Shown one piece after another: positions 38,838 through 49,800 of a stretch of DNA of 64,000 bases. Under the pieces are notes generated by a model, which saw only the letters and a list, made by a program, of their open reading frames with translations, was not told where the DNA came from and ran no database searches. The first letter of the stretch is position 1. Each line of letters opens with the position of its first letter. Position numbers and translations under genes: made by a program. The stretch comes from Candidatus Hadarchaeota archaeon (GTDB taxonomy: Archaea > CAYQAE01 > CAYVLA01), in NCBI GenBank assembly GCA_964621445.1, contig CAZUNO010000003.1:124664-188663 (forward strand). Reading direction: 5' to 3'.

Positions 38838-40616
38838 TTGGGAAGGGGATCTGAATTGCGGTTTTCTGGACTTCAGGACAGCCTTTTAATCCTCCTGATA
38901 GTTACCGGAATTCTCCTTGCCTTTTCTTTGCAGGGCCTGGACCTGACGGATCTTGGCTGGCATCTGACAAACCAGATGTGCACGGTCAAATACTCGCCCA
39001 ATTTTGACTCCTTTGATTGGACTTTCCTGCTCTCAAACTACGCAGGGGGGATATGGCTTTCCTTGATTGGAGGGCCGTCTGTGTTATGGGCCAGGATTGG
39101 AGGCGCTCTTCTTGTCGGGGTCAATTCGGTTATCGTATATTCCATCCTCTCCAGGCATTTCGGGCGTATGGAGGTGCTTTTGACGGTACCGGTGACTGCT
39201 CTGTTCATTGCTGCTTGCTCCAGCCAGATATTGATACACTACTTCTCCTTCCCGGCCTTCCTGCTCTGCGTTGAGTTTTGGCTTTTGGACCGGGCCATGG
39301 ATGAGAGGTCAGGAACCAATAAGTTGCTAATCGGCATGGGAATGGGCGGGTTGCTAATTCCCATAATTCTTAGTTACCTTCCCATGGGCTTGCTGCTGGT
39401 ATTTCCTCTCATCGCGATCACCTACATCCGGCTCACGGATGCCTACCTTGAGCTTAGAAGGGTTTTTGTGGGAGCTTTGTTGGGGTTATCGATATCCCTG
39501 GTTTTAACCCTGGTGGTATTTCTCTCTGCAGGAATCCTAGAGGGCTTCTGGGATGCCGGTATCTCGTTGATTTCCGGTGGTAGAGCGGTCGCCGACCATG
39601 AGGCGGCTGACCTGATCCGGCTCTATGCCGCTGACCTCAGGAGGGTAATCTTGCGGACCTTTCTTTTAGGCTCCTTTCTCCTTGTTGTGTACAGGGCCAG
39701 GAAGCACGGTGGAAAAGCGCTTCAAGTAGCGGTAGGAATAGCCTTGGCCGGGTTTATTGGCGGCGTATTGTGGGCGTGGACCGAGGGATTAATCGCCATT
39801 GATCCCGGAAAGGAGCTAAGCAGAGTGGCCATGGGCTGGATATTCGTCGCCACCTGGATCGTGCTTTTCAGGGGGGATGGGCGGAAACCTAGACTGGATA
39901 TTCTGGTTCTGGCCGGGGTCCTGGCAATGATTGTGACCCCAGTGGGCTCAAATGGCGGCCTGGTCAAGGCGGTCTACGGAATGTGGTTGATTCTACCCCT
40001 ATCCCTGCTTAGAGTCAAGGATCTTCCCCCGCCCTCGTGTCCAGGACCCCTTCGATGGCTGCAAAAAAATTTCAAGCCCATCGTTATTGTTTTACTTGCT
40101 CTTTCTCTGCTGACGCTCTGGTTCACCGTTTATCGGGACCACTGGAACCGGTTGGATCTGACCACTGGTTTTTCGGAACCTTCCCTTGCGGGGATATATT
40201 CAACCCCGGAGAGAGTGGAGGCAGTGGAAGGGGTTTTGTCCTTCCTGGATAAAGAGACCCAGAAGGGGGACAGAACGCTTTTCGTAAACGTGGTCCCCCT
40301 GATATATTACCTAACGGAAACCAGGCCGGCACTAAATAACTCCTGGCTCTTTCTGGAAGAGCTGGAGAGGATAAAGACCAGACAGAGAAAGGTTAACAAG
40401 CTACCTACCATATTTGGTTACACCTCGAGTTTCCCGGACGATGAATGGCCCGACGAGAAGAAGGAGGGGGATTCAGGTAATATTTCGGAAAAGATAGAGT
40501 TCCTGGAGATTGTATATGTCAATGAACTGGGATACGAGCTAGCCTTCGAGTCCGACTCGTTCGTGATGTACTCCCGCCCCGGAGAAGATGCCAATGTTAA
40601 CCATCGAGAAACTTAA
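38838..40616 (+). CDS. large polytopic membrane protein, candidate GT-C-type glycosyltransferase
   Basis: 592 aa with many TM helices and a soluble C-terminal domain; gene context only. Confidence 0.35.
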   Translation: MGRGSELRFSGLQDSLLILLIVTGILLAFSLQGLDLTDLGWHLTNQMCTVKYSPNFDSFDWTFLLSNYAGGIWLSLIGGPSVLWARIGGALLVGVNSVIVYSILSRHFGRMEVLLTVPVTALFIAACSSQILIHYFSFPAFLLCVEFWLLDRAMDERSGTNKLLIGMGMGGLLIPIILSYLPMGLLLVFPLIAITYIRLTDAYLELRRVFVGALLGLSISLVLTLVVFLSAGILEGFWDAGISLISGGRAVADHEAADLIRLYAADLRRVILRTFLLGSFLLVVYRARKHGGKALQVAVGIALAGFIGGVLWAWTEGLIAIDPGKELSRVAMGWIFVATWIVLFRGDGRKPRLDILVLAGVLAMIVTPVGSNGGLVKAVYGMWLILPLSLLRVKDLPPPSCPGPLRWLQKNFKPIVIVLLALSLLTLWFTVYRDHWNRLDLTTGFSEPSLAGIYSTPERVEAVEGVLSFLDKETQKGDRTLFVNVVPLIYYLTETRPALNNSWLFLEELERIKTRQRKVNKLPTIFGYTSSFPDDEWPDEKKEGDSGNISEKIEFLEIVYVNELGYELAFESDSFVMYSRPGEDANVNHRET

Positions 40617-40658
40617 GAACTACTCTATTCCAACCCAAACAAGGTTAGGGTTGATCCT

Positions 40659-43581
40659 TTGAAGCTGGCCTTGCCTTGGCATTTTGGATGGGCGATGGCC
40701 GGTTTGGTCTCCTTGACCATGGTGGTCCTGGTGTCTTCGGCCCAATGTTCAGGAGGAGGTTTGCCAGAATTGGAACTATACGTTTCCAAACAGGGGGATG
40801 ACTCTTGGTCGGGCTCCCTTCCCGAGCCCAATGCGGAGGGAAATGATGGCCCCTTGGCAACCCTTGGACGGGCCCAGGCCGCGGTTCGGGAGGCCCGGGC
40901 CCAGGAGGACCGTCCGGTAAAGGTCATCATACGGGGTGGCACCTATCAGCTTACAAAGGCACTCACCTTCACCCCGGAAGATGGGGGCTCGGAAGATTCT
41001 CCGGTAACGTATGAAGCATACCCGGGGGAGGAGCCAATATTCTCAGGTGGCAGCGAGATCGGAGGTTGGGAGAAGGGAAATGGCTCCGTATGGAGGACAC
41101 GGGTACCTGAAGTTGAGAGCGGGGACTGGTATTTTCACCAGCTTTTTGTGCAAGGAAACCGCGAAACTCGGGCAAGGACGCCAAATAAGGGCTACCTCAA
41201 TATCGCCGATACCCTGAAACCACTTCTGGATCGGGATAAGGCACTTCGAGAGAGAGGATACAAGATAGGTTTTCAGTACAGGGACCAGGACATAGAACAC
41301 TGGGAGGGCATCGAGGACGTTAACATCTTTCTTTACCATTCCTGGACCTGTTCGGTACACTGGATAGATAGTCTAAACCAGGAAAACCGGACCGTACGTT
41401 TCACAAATCCTTCCTCGAAACCGGTGGGTTACTGGGACCCGGAGCAGCGCTATCACCTGGAGAACTATCTGGAGGCCCTTGACGCTCCCGGCGAGTGGTA
41501 CCTGGATCGTAAGACCGGTGTCCTGCACTACTGGCCTCCTGATGGCAGGGACCCCAACGACTTGGAGATCGTGGCTCCCCGACTCCGCCACCTGGTCAGG
41601 ATTCAGGGAGATCTATCCCAGGGTCGGACAGTGGACCACCTGGTGTTCCGCGGTCTTTCATTCCAACATGCTGACTGGGAGCTGGACAGGGAGAGACGGG
41701 CCGACGGCCAGGCAGCTACCTTCCTCTCTGCAGCGGTTGTGGCTACCGGTGCCCGTAACTGCCTCTTCGAGGATTGTGAGATCTCCCATGTGGGCGAGTA
41801 CGGTTTAATCCTGGGAGAGGGCTGCAAGCTCAACAAGGTGGTCAAGTGTGAGTTCCATGACCTGGGAGGCGGCGGGATTCGTATGGGGACTACCGGACTT
41901 CCCCAGGACCCGGAGAGGCAGACCGATCACAACACCGTCGATAACTGCTTCATCCATTCAGGGGGTCACGTGTTCAGGGCGGGAATAGGTGTTTGGATAG
42001 GCAAGAGCAGCTATAATAACGTGACCCATAATGAGATCTGCGATTTCTATTACTCTGGATGCTCGGTTGGCTGGAGCTGGGGGTATGACCCGACCTCGGC
42101 CCACCACAATATCCTGGAGTACAATCACATCCACCATCTTGGCAAGGGCGTTCTCAGCGATATGGGCGGAATATATACTCTGGGGATATCCCCCGGGACC
42201 AGGGAGAGATTCAACCTCATCCATGACATCTATTCCTATACCTATGGTGGCTGGGGGCTGTATACCGATGAGGGCAGCTCCAATATTACACTGGAGGGAA
42301 ATATCGTGTACAACACCAAGAGCGGGAGCTTCCACCAGCACTATGGTTGTTGTAATCAACTGCGTAACAATATTCTCGGTCCCGCCCTCGACTCCACCAT
42401 CCGGCGTTCCCGGCAGGAGGACCACATATCCTTTACCATGGAGAAAAACATCATCGTCAGCAGGGAGGGCAAGGTTCTGGGGGGATTCATGGGATAATCG
42501 GAAATATCGTATGGATTACAACCTGTACTGGGATGTATATGGAATTCTAGGAGAGGACATGGATTTTGGAGGCATCGGCTTCGAGGAGTGGCAGGAACCG
42601 GGAAGGGATTACCACTCCCTGGTGGCTGACCCCATGTTCGTTGATCCAGGAAACCACGACTACAGGTTGAATGAGCAATCCCCGGCCCTGACCATGGGTT
42701 TTGAGCCCATTGATGTCGAAAAGATCGGTCTTTACAGCGAGGAGAGTTGGGTTCAGGCCCCCGAGGCCGTTTCCAGGGAGCCCGTATTCGGGTTCTCTCC
42801 TCCCTTGCTCAGGGAGGGTCCCGTCTCCCACCCAGAAAACCTTTCGAAAAGTGACATGTGGATCATCAAGTACGATCCTGAAAAGGGAAGGGGTACGATT
42901 CCTCGGGACACCGAGGAATGCGCCCTGGTCTGGACCATAGACGGGGGGAGGTACCCGTCCACCACGCCTCCGGGAAGCCAGGAGGTTAACGGGAGCTGCG
43001 AGAGCCCGATGAAGAGGGGCCTGGACGGTAGGTGGTACCTTATAATACCCGAACAGAAGCTTGGGGCCATATCCCTGAGCTTCAGGGATGGAGTCAGAGG
43101 GGAGAACTGGGACGATAACCGGGGAGAGAGGTGGTGGATCACATCCAGCGATTACGTTCACAGCTTACTAGTAGAATTCGACCGGGTTATAGCCAATGGA
43201 TCCAAATACGGGGCAGACATGTCCTCGTTTGAGGGCGCGGCCTCGGAAGCCTGGGAGGACTATAGATCCGGTGAATACGGGAAGGCCATGAATCACCTGA
43301 GCGGCGAGGTTAACCGGGCCTGGATCCGGTACACGGACCGGTTGCTCGAATTCACAGCTAGTGAGCTGGAGTCAATTCGCTCCACCGGGGTAAACCTGGG
43401 CAGGGAGGAACGCCTCCTGTACCTGGCGGAGCTGATGAAGGGACAGGGAAAGTTCGGTGTTGCCGAGGGTTACTGCAAGAATGTTCTCTCGGAACTCTTG
43501 GAGATAAGGGATATGATACCTGAGGGTGCATTATTCTTGGCATTCATAACCCTACTTGTGGCCCGGAGGTTGATCAATTGA
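40659..43581 (+). CDS. secreted right-handed beta-helix protein, about 975 aa, interrupted by a frameshift at a G6 run (42479-42484); pseudogene or homopolymer error
   Basis: Track ORFs 40659-42497 and 42031-43581 overlap in different frames; removing one G joins '...EGKVLG' to 'DSWDNRKYRMDYNLYWDVYG...'. Signal peptide present; the first 150 aa of the second ORF look like off-frame translation. Confidence 0.5.
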
Positions 43582-43970
43582 GGCCTTTAGAAAGGATGGC
43601 GGTTATTGAGCCCGCCCATTATTTCCAGTTTTATCTCGGGCTTCCGGATGATGAGTTTTCGGACATACTGCTGGGGTACGTCCCCTCCCGATACTGCGGG
43701 CACTCCCAGATACTTCGTTTCGAAGGTTTTGACTCCTCCCCGCATGGTATTCACCGGTTTCTGATAATCTACCTCACTGAGGCTTTGCCCGAAGAGCTTC
43801 AATCCCTTGGTATAGTAGTGAATGTACCACACTCCTCCCCCGATGTCCATGCGCACACCCCCCAATAGGAAGTGCTTGAAAGCTACGGTATTTTCATCGA
43901 TATGGAAGGTACCGTCCTGCTGGGTTACCGTTAATCCCCACTGCCTAATACCGGATTTATAACCGCCTAT

Positions 43971-44540
43971 CTACTCCGGTATTTTGAGCTCGGGGTATTT
44001 GTGGTACAGATCGACATGGATTATAAGCCCCTCGATGGGAGGGCTCACCTTTCCCTCTATTTTTATTTCTCCTGGGTTGGTATAGGTGTTTGGCTTCGGC
44101 TCGGTTATCGAGATCTGGACCTTGCTCCGGCTCAATTCCAATTTGGCGGTTGCCTTGAGCCCATCGCCTGAGGCCGTTATCTCTATCTCTCGAGTACCTA
44201 GGTCACTGCTCCTGCGGATCTTTACCGCCGCCTGGGCCCTGAAAGGTGGGACTTTTCTTCTCGGCTTGATCTCGCTTCTGCTCAGATACACCCCTTCGCC
44301 GCAGGAGAGGGAAATGCTTGCCGCCCCGGGGATATCACCCTCCGCGATGATCTCAAACTCCTGGGTGATGTATGGTCTGTCCGGGTCCCGGCTCAGGTCG
44401 CTGAGGTCCAGATTTACCTCGCTTGGTTTCACACTCACTGATAGCTCCTGCCCGGACACTACTGATAGTGAGAGTACTAAGGCGAGGCACAGCAAGAGGT
44501 ATTGGAGTGAACCCGAGGGTGGATCTATGGGTGAGGCCAT
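43971..44540 (-). CDS. secreted hypothetical protein (signal peptide)
   Basis: 189 aa; N-terminal 'LLLCLALVLSLSVVSG' signal-like segment. Confidence 0.35.
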   Translation of the reverse strand: MASPIDPPSGSLQYLLLCLALVLSLSVVSGQELSVSVKPSEVNLDLSDLSRDPDRPYITQEFEIIAEGDIPGAASISLSCGEGVYLSRSEIKPRRKVPPFRAQAAVKIRRSSDLGTREIEITASGDGLKATAKLELSRSKVQISITEPKPNTYTNPGEIKIEGKVSPPIEGLIIHVDLYHKYPELKIPE

Positions 44541-44628
44541 GGTACATTAAGATGGGAAGATCGAATATATACACTATGTATGGTTGAGCATGGGATAATC
44601 CTATAAAGCAAGTTGATGTAGTGAGAAC

Positions 44629-45741
44629 ATGGAACTGTTTGTAGGCGATGAGTCCATCAAGAGGGCAATAAGGGAGAGCATTGCCTACGGTCAACCCGTT
44701 AGGGACATCTCTATTCTGGGTGAAGAGCTAGAGCCCGCCTCAACCGAGATTGACCCCCACTCGGGGGACAATGCCTGCATGCTAAGCGGGGGAGTTGACT
44801 CGAGCTTGGTGGCATGTATGTTGGCCGAGGTGGGCGAAGTGACCGCCTATACCCTGACCTTTGGAAAGGAAACCGATGAGGCCGTTTATGCAAAAAAGGT
44901 GGCGGAAATACTTGGAATCGAGCACGTGGAAATCAGGAATACCACCGAGGAATTCATAGGCAATTATGAGGAAATTTCTACCTTCCAACCTCATGCGAGG
45001 CCAGCATACTGGGCAGTAATGGGGGCCGTGAAGGAGGACGGGTATGATAAACTTTACTCCGGCGAGGGGGGAGACGAGCTCTTCCTGGGATACGTCACGA
45101 GATATGAGAGAATCAGGCGTTATCAGAGATGGAAAGCGGTCAGACCCTTACTGGGACTGGGGACTTTTCTTCCCGGCAAGTATGGTAGATACGCGTGGAT
45201 CATGAGCAGGAGGACATGGGCGGAGTTCATGGCAGCAAATGACACTAAGGTGAAGGACATGTATTACCCGGAGGGTTTCAAGGAACTATGGCATCAGGAC
45301 TGCATCGTGTCCAGTATGAGATGGGACTACCTGAAGCTGAGACACTATGTGGACACCATCAACCGTATGAGCAGAGAAAGCGGGGTAAAGGCGGTGTTCC
45401 CCATCATGGCCAATGAATTCTTGCCAGAGAAATGGCGAGAGTATAGATGGAAGGAGCATTGTGGAAAGAAGCCCCTAGTTAGGAGGCTGAAGGAATATAG
45501 CCCGGAGATAGCCAAGATAGCCACCCGCGAAAAACAGGGATTCCGCCCCCCAGGGATAAGGGAGAGGTGGAGAGCCGGCATGGGTCAAAGGATAATGTCC
45601 GATCTACGCGACTCGCCCATAAGGTCTCTTGCAAGTAGGGAACTAGATCTGGCTATAGAAAAAGGCCCGGATAACGACATGCAAAGACGAGCACTCACCG
45701 AGATGTATACCATAAATAGATTCCTTACCCACCGGGGTTAA
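44629..45741 (+). CDS. asparagine-synthase-domain protein (PP-loop amidotransferase lacking the N-terminal glutaminase domain)
   Basis: 'MLSGGVDSSLVA' and 'SGEGGDELFLGY'; 370 aa with no Ntn domain. Confidence 0.6.
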   Translation: MELFVGDESIKRAIRESIAYGQPVRDISILGEELEPASTEIDPHSGDNACMLSGGVDSSLVACMLAEVGEVTAYTLTFGKETDEAVYAKKVAEILGIEHVEIRNTTEEFIGNYEEISTFQPHARPAYWAVMGAVKEDGYDKLYSGEGGDELFLGYVTRYERIRRYQRWKAVRPLLGLGTFLPGKYGRYAWIMSRRTWAEFMAANDTKVKDMYYPEGFKELWHQDCIVSSMRWDYLKLRHYVDTINRMSRESGVKAVFPIMANEFLPEKWREYRWKEHCGKKPLVRRLKEYSPEIAKIATREKQGFRPPGIRERWRAGMGQRIMSDLRDSPIRSLASRELDLAIEKGPDNDMQRRALTEMYTINRFLTHRG

Positions 45742-45776
45742 GCCTTTTCCGTGTTCTCTTCTGGATTGGTAAATTC

Positions 45777-46325
45777 TCAGGCAAAGGCCTTGAACATTTC
45801 CTTGCGGGCCTTGCATATTGGACATGTGTCGGGAGCCTCGCCTTCCACGGTGAATCCGCACCCCTCGCAAACCTGGATGGGTCCTATGTCGAGGTCTTTT
45901 CCCTCCTCGACGGCCTCTTTCGCCCGTTTGTAAAGGACGAGATGGATCTTCTCCACCTTGAATGCCCACTCCATGCCCCCGGCTGCCGCGTCCTCTCCCT
46001 GGAACCTGGCGGCGTCGATATAGACCGGGTACATCTCCTCGACCTCAAAGGTCTCCCCCTCTATGGCAATATCGAGGTTCTTGGAGGTATCGCCTGGACC
46101 GAATCCTGCTCCCGAGACCACCGAATAAGAGTCCTTAAGATGGCCCAGGTTATGGAAGTGAAGTCCGGCGTGGACCTTCTCGGCGTGGCTGATTGCCTTG
46201 AACAGCCGGGCCACATTTGGTAATTCCTCTTCAGCAGCTATATCAGAGAACAGCAGGTAACGCATGTGGGCCTGGCTTTCCCCACCAAATGCACTCATGA
46301 GGTTTGTCTGGGTCATGGCCTTCAT
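45777..46325 (-). CDS. rbr: rubrerythrin
   Basis: Ferritin-like diiron region plus C-terminal rubredoxin-like 'CEGCG...CPIC'. Confidence 0.85.
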   Translation of the reverse strand: MKAMTQTNLMSAFGGESQAHMRYLLFSDIAAEEELPNVARLFKAISHAEKVHAGLHFHNLGHLKDSYSVVSGAGFGPGDTSKNLDIAIEGETFEVEEMYPVYIDAARFQGEDAAAGGMEWAFKVEKIHLVLYKRAKEAVEEGKDLDIGPIQVCEGCGFTVEGEAPDTCPICKARKEMFKAFA

Positions 46326-46874
46326 TTTGATCGCTATCCGGGCAGAGAGTGATTGCTATTAAAGTTGACAAAAGGAAACTTCCTTGTCACATTATTGACA
46401 TCCTTTTGGATTCTTACCGGCTTTCATGCGCACGCCTGGCTATGTTTGGCCTGGTAGAAATTCGAGTGAGATGCTTGTAGTGTTCTGATGTCAGATATTG
46501 GAATCCTCCAAAGTGACGGGGGCCCTGCTTTCCATAAACCAATCGATGCTGGAGAGCCTTCGGTCCCCACCTGTCGACAAGCTCGAGCGTATCATAGGTG
46601 ACACCGCCGATGCGATGTCGCGCGTTCGAGAAGGTTAAGGAAACTTCGACAGTGGCGTCATCGATATGAATCGGAAAGGATGGTTGGGACCATTTCTAAT
46701 ACCTGTCATAGGGCCTCGCGTCGGAGGTCCAGTACTTTGTTACACATCGGTGCTCTTGGAGTGCTTTCTCGAGGATCATTCTGTTAGAATCAAACCTGAT
46801 AACCGGCGGATGGCTAGAGGTCCTAGTTACCCGTCAAACATCGGGCATTGGAAACCAATTGGTGGCTTCTTGGT

Positions 46875-49800
46875 CTAAGCCTTTTCGTTAGTTCTTCCGA
46901 CTCTTATGATCGTTCTTTGGAGGGCCCAACCTGAACCCAGGAGAAGCAGCAGCACGGCGGCGGGTTCCGGCACCGGGGTCCACACTACGGGCTCGGTGGA
47001 TACTCCATCATGAGAAACGTACATTACGATCGATGATATATCGGATAGAAGGAACGAGCAGGTTTCTCCCAGTTCGATGAGTCCCCCGGGAGATAGGGTC
47101 TCAAACCCTTTGGCCTCCCGCCAGACCGTGTTGCCCGATTTGTCCCGGGCTATGAACACCCCGCTGCCGGATAATTCGGTCCGCCCGGTATTTTGAACGG
47201 TAATGGACATGCCTGAAATATTTCCGTTCCCCGTCTCAACTTCATGTTCCGTTAGCTCGCAGGATGGAAGGCCCACCTGGAGGTCCGCGGTTCTTCGATC
47301 AAACACCTGACCCTCCAAATTCTTTATTTCAGCCTCAACGTAGTAATGCCCGGGCTCGACCTGGGGGTGCCAGGTTAGGCCGCAGGATGCAGGTCCCTTA
47401 AGGTTACTGAGTGTCTGGAGAAGAAGACCTTCTACTAGATCCCCGTTTTCGATTCGTCTGATGCAGATATCGGTAACCAGGTCCAGGGCGTATCCGGAGT
47501 TCTGGATAGAGATCTCCACGTCCACGCTCTCCCCAATATCGTATTGGGCCCTGTCCGTATCCAGAGTTATTATTGAGACATCCGATTGGGTATAATCGAC
47601 CTCGAATGTGAAGGTGGACCAGACCATGGATTCCCCGGTTGAGGGGTCGTACTGGAAGGGAAACACCTGCAGGACCAGTTCGCTAGCTCCGTCCGGTTTC
47701 TCGATCTCTGTCCATCGATAGTCCGACCCAGGATACCATCCCCCTTCAGCCAAAGTGGAATCGCTGCCAATCCCGCCTCTGAAGTCATTCGTCGTCAGGG
47801 GTAGATGGAGACCGGACTGTCTAGTAAGTCCGGTTTTTTCGGTGAGCTCGACGCTCTGTACCTTTGTTCGGACCGGGCAGGAGAAGGACTGGACGTAATA
47901 TGGTATCTGGGGCCTGTCCCTTTCCATATAAGTCCAACCGCCGGGGATATCAACATGATCGAAGCCCTCAAGCTCGGTAACCGTGTATTGAGGAACGGTC
48001 ACAACCAGTTCGGGTGAGAGGGTCTCCCCGCCTTCCCTGGAATTTGAGGAAAGGGAGGGGACGGCACCGAACTTCGGGTCCCCGTATATATTGTACTCCC
48101 AGGCGAAGAGATTGCCGTATTTGTCAGTCCCGTACCTGTTCCGCTCGGTTTCGAGGAAGGCCTTGCCGATGGATTCTGTTGTGTCCCAGTTGTTGAAGAT
48201 GTGGTTACCCGCCTTGGAATCCTGTTTCATGGGGGCGAGCTGGGTTGAACCAATATACACGACTGCTCCTGAGTTCAGGAAACCTTCGGCTATATTGTAA
48301 TCATCACCTGATTCGTAGTTCCCGGTCAGGCAGGATAGGGCGATGACCGCGGGCGATGCTTGCCCGAAATCCAGGGGGAAATCGTTAGGGTTGCTCCACG
48401 AGGAGGAGCTGGTTTTAAGTCCACACTGGATATCGTCCCATTCATCCAGGTTTCCGTGACCTCTGAAGCAGATCAAATCCTGGTCAAGGATGCTTTGTTT
48501 GAAGGCGGATGCCTTCTGGTCGTGGGTGGAGTACCACTTTAAATGAAGTTCGGAGGCGGTAAGTCCCTTGCCCTTCAGTACCTTGACCAAGTTCGTGACA
48601 TCATTGACGAAGGTCCCCTGTTTGTATCCGGTTCCACTCACCAGCAGGGCGTGGGATCGATCGTAGCTAGACCCTCCCTGGCCGAGGTGGACGTATATGC
48701 TGTGATTTATGGTGGCCGTAAGCTCCTCCAGGGTGTTCCCGATTACCCTGCCAACTATGAGATCCGGTACGCCGTTACCGGTGGTGTCGGAGTAGGGATG
48801 GTCGCTCAGCGGGACATCCTTGGTATTTGGGGCGTTGTTCCATTCTATATCGAAGCCGTATTGGTGCCATGACGGTACCAGTTCGGTCTCACCGACGATG
48901 AGCAGGTAGCCATGCCCCAGTTTTGAGAAGGAGGGGCTGAGCTTCTTGTTCCAGGCCCCCTGGGAACCGATGACCTTGTCAAAAGCGGAGGCGCTGTTGG
49001 TGTCCAGGTATCCCAAAGTTCCATGTTTCAACATGGCCAGTCTTGCCATGGTGCTGAGAAGGTTCTGCGCGTCCTGCTTGTTATAGTAGTAAATTGCCCT
49101 GAAGGGGTTGGTCACAATCAGGTAATTGGAGGCCTCAAGAGCCTTATCATAGGCGGCTTGTAAGGTCTGCCCCCCTGTGGTATACTTTACCGAGCTCCAG
49201 GTTGAGCTGTGCTCGCTTCCCTTTAGTGACTCGTACCATAATTTGAGCTTGCCGATCTCTGGGGTCGGTTGATTGCTCTGTAGCATGACGGGGACGGCCT
49301 TGTAGGTGAAGGTTCGAGATTTCCCAACGTCTATATCATCCTCAACAAGGATTAGGCAGTACCACCACTTTGCCGACGGATTGTATTCGGCGAGGATGTC
49401 GGCGGTTGAGCTGTTGCTGGAGATGGGCTGGAGCAGCCTAAGGTAATCCTGGAGGATGATCCCTGTTGCGTTGCCCTTGCCGACGTTCTTCACGGTTATC
49501 TTCATGGTGAAAACGTTCTGGTTTCTGGTTAGCTCCCTTGAGGTAACCACCAGCTTTGGCTCCATCTTTGGCGTGGCAGGGAGCAGTATGTCCAAAGTAT
49601 CCAATCCCATCTTTAGGTCGACATCGTATGCCATGATCCCGATGCGGTATTCCTTTCCCTTGGGCACCGGTTTTATGTACCATTTGAACTCTATGTTTGC
49701 CGTTTTTGGGTTGGAGGGGAACCCCTCAGTCTGGATGAGATTCCCGTCGACATACACCTGGGCGGTGCTCAGCCCATTTTGATCTGAGATATCTGCCCAA

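Noticed and set aside
42031-42497. N-terminal 150 aa of track ORF 42031-43581 as an independent gene overlapping the beta-helix gene
   Set aside because: The translation is low-complexity (Pro/Ser/Thr/Arg-rich) and overlaps a convincing coding frame; it is better explained as the off-frame part of a frameshift-joined gene.
43587-43865. Overlapping 92-aa (minus) and 96-aa (plus) ORFs between the beta-helix gene and the secreted-protein gene
   Set aside because: They occupy the same bases on opposite strands with no motif to decide between them; left unannotated.
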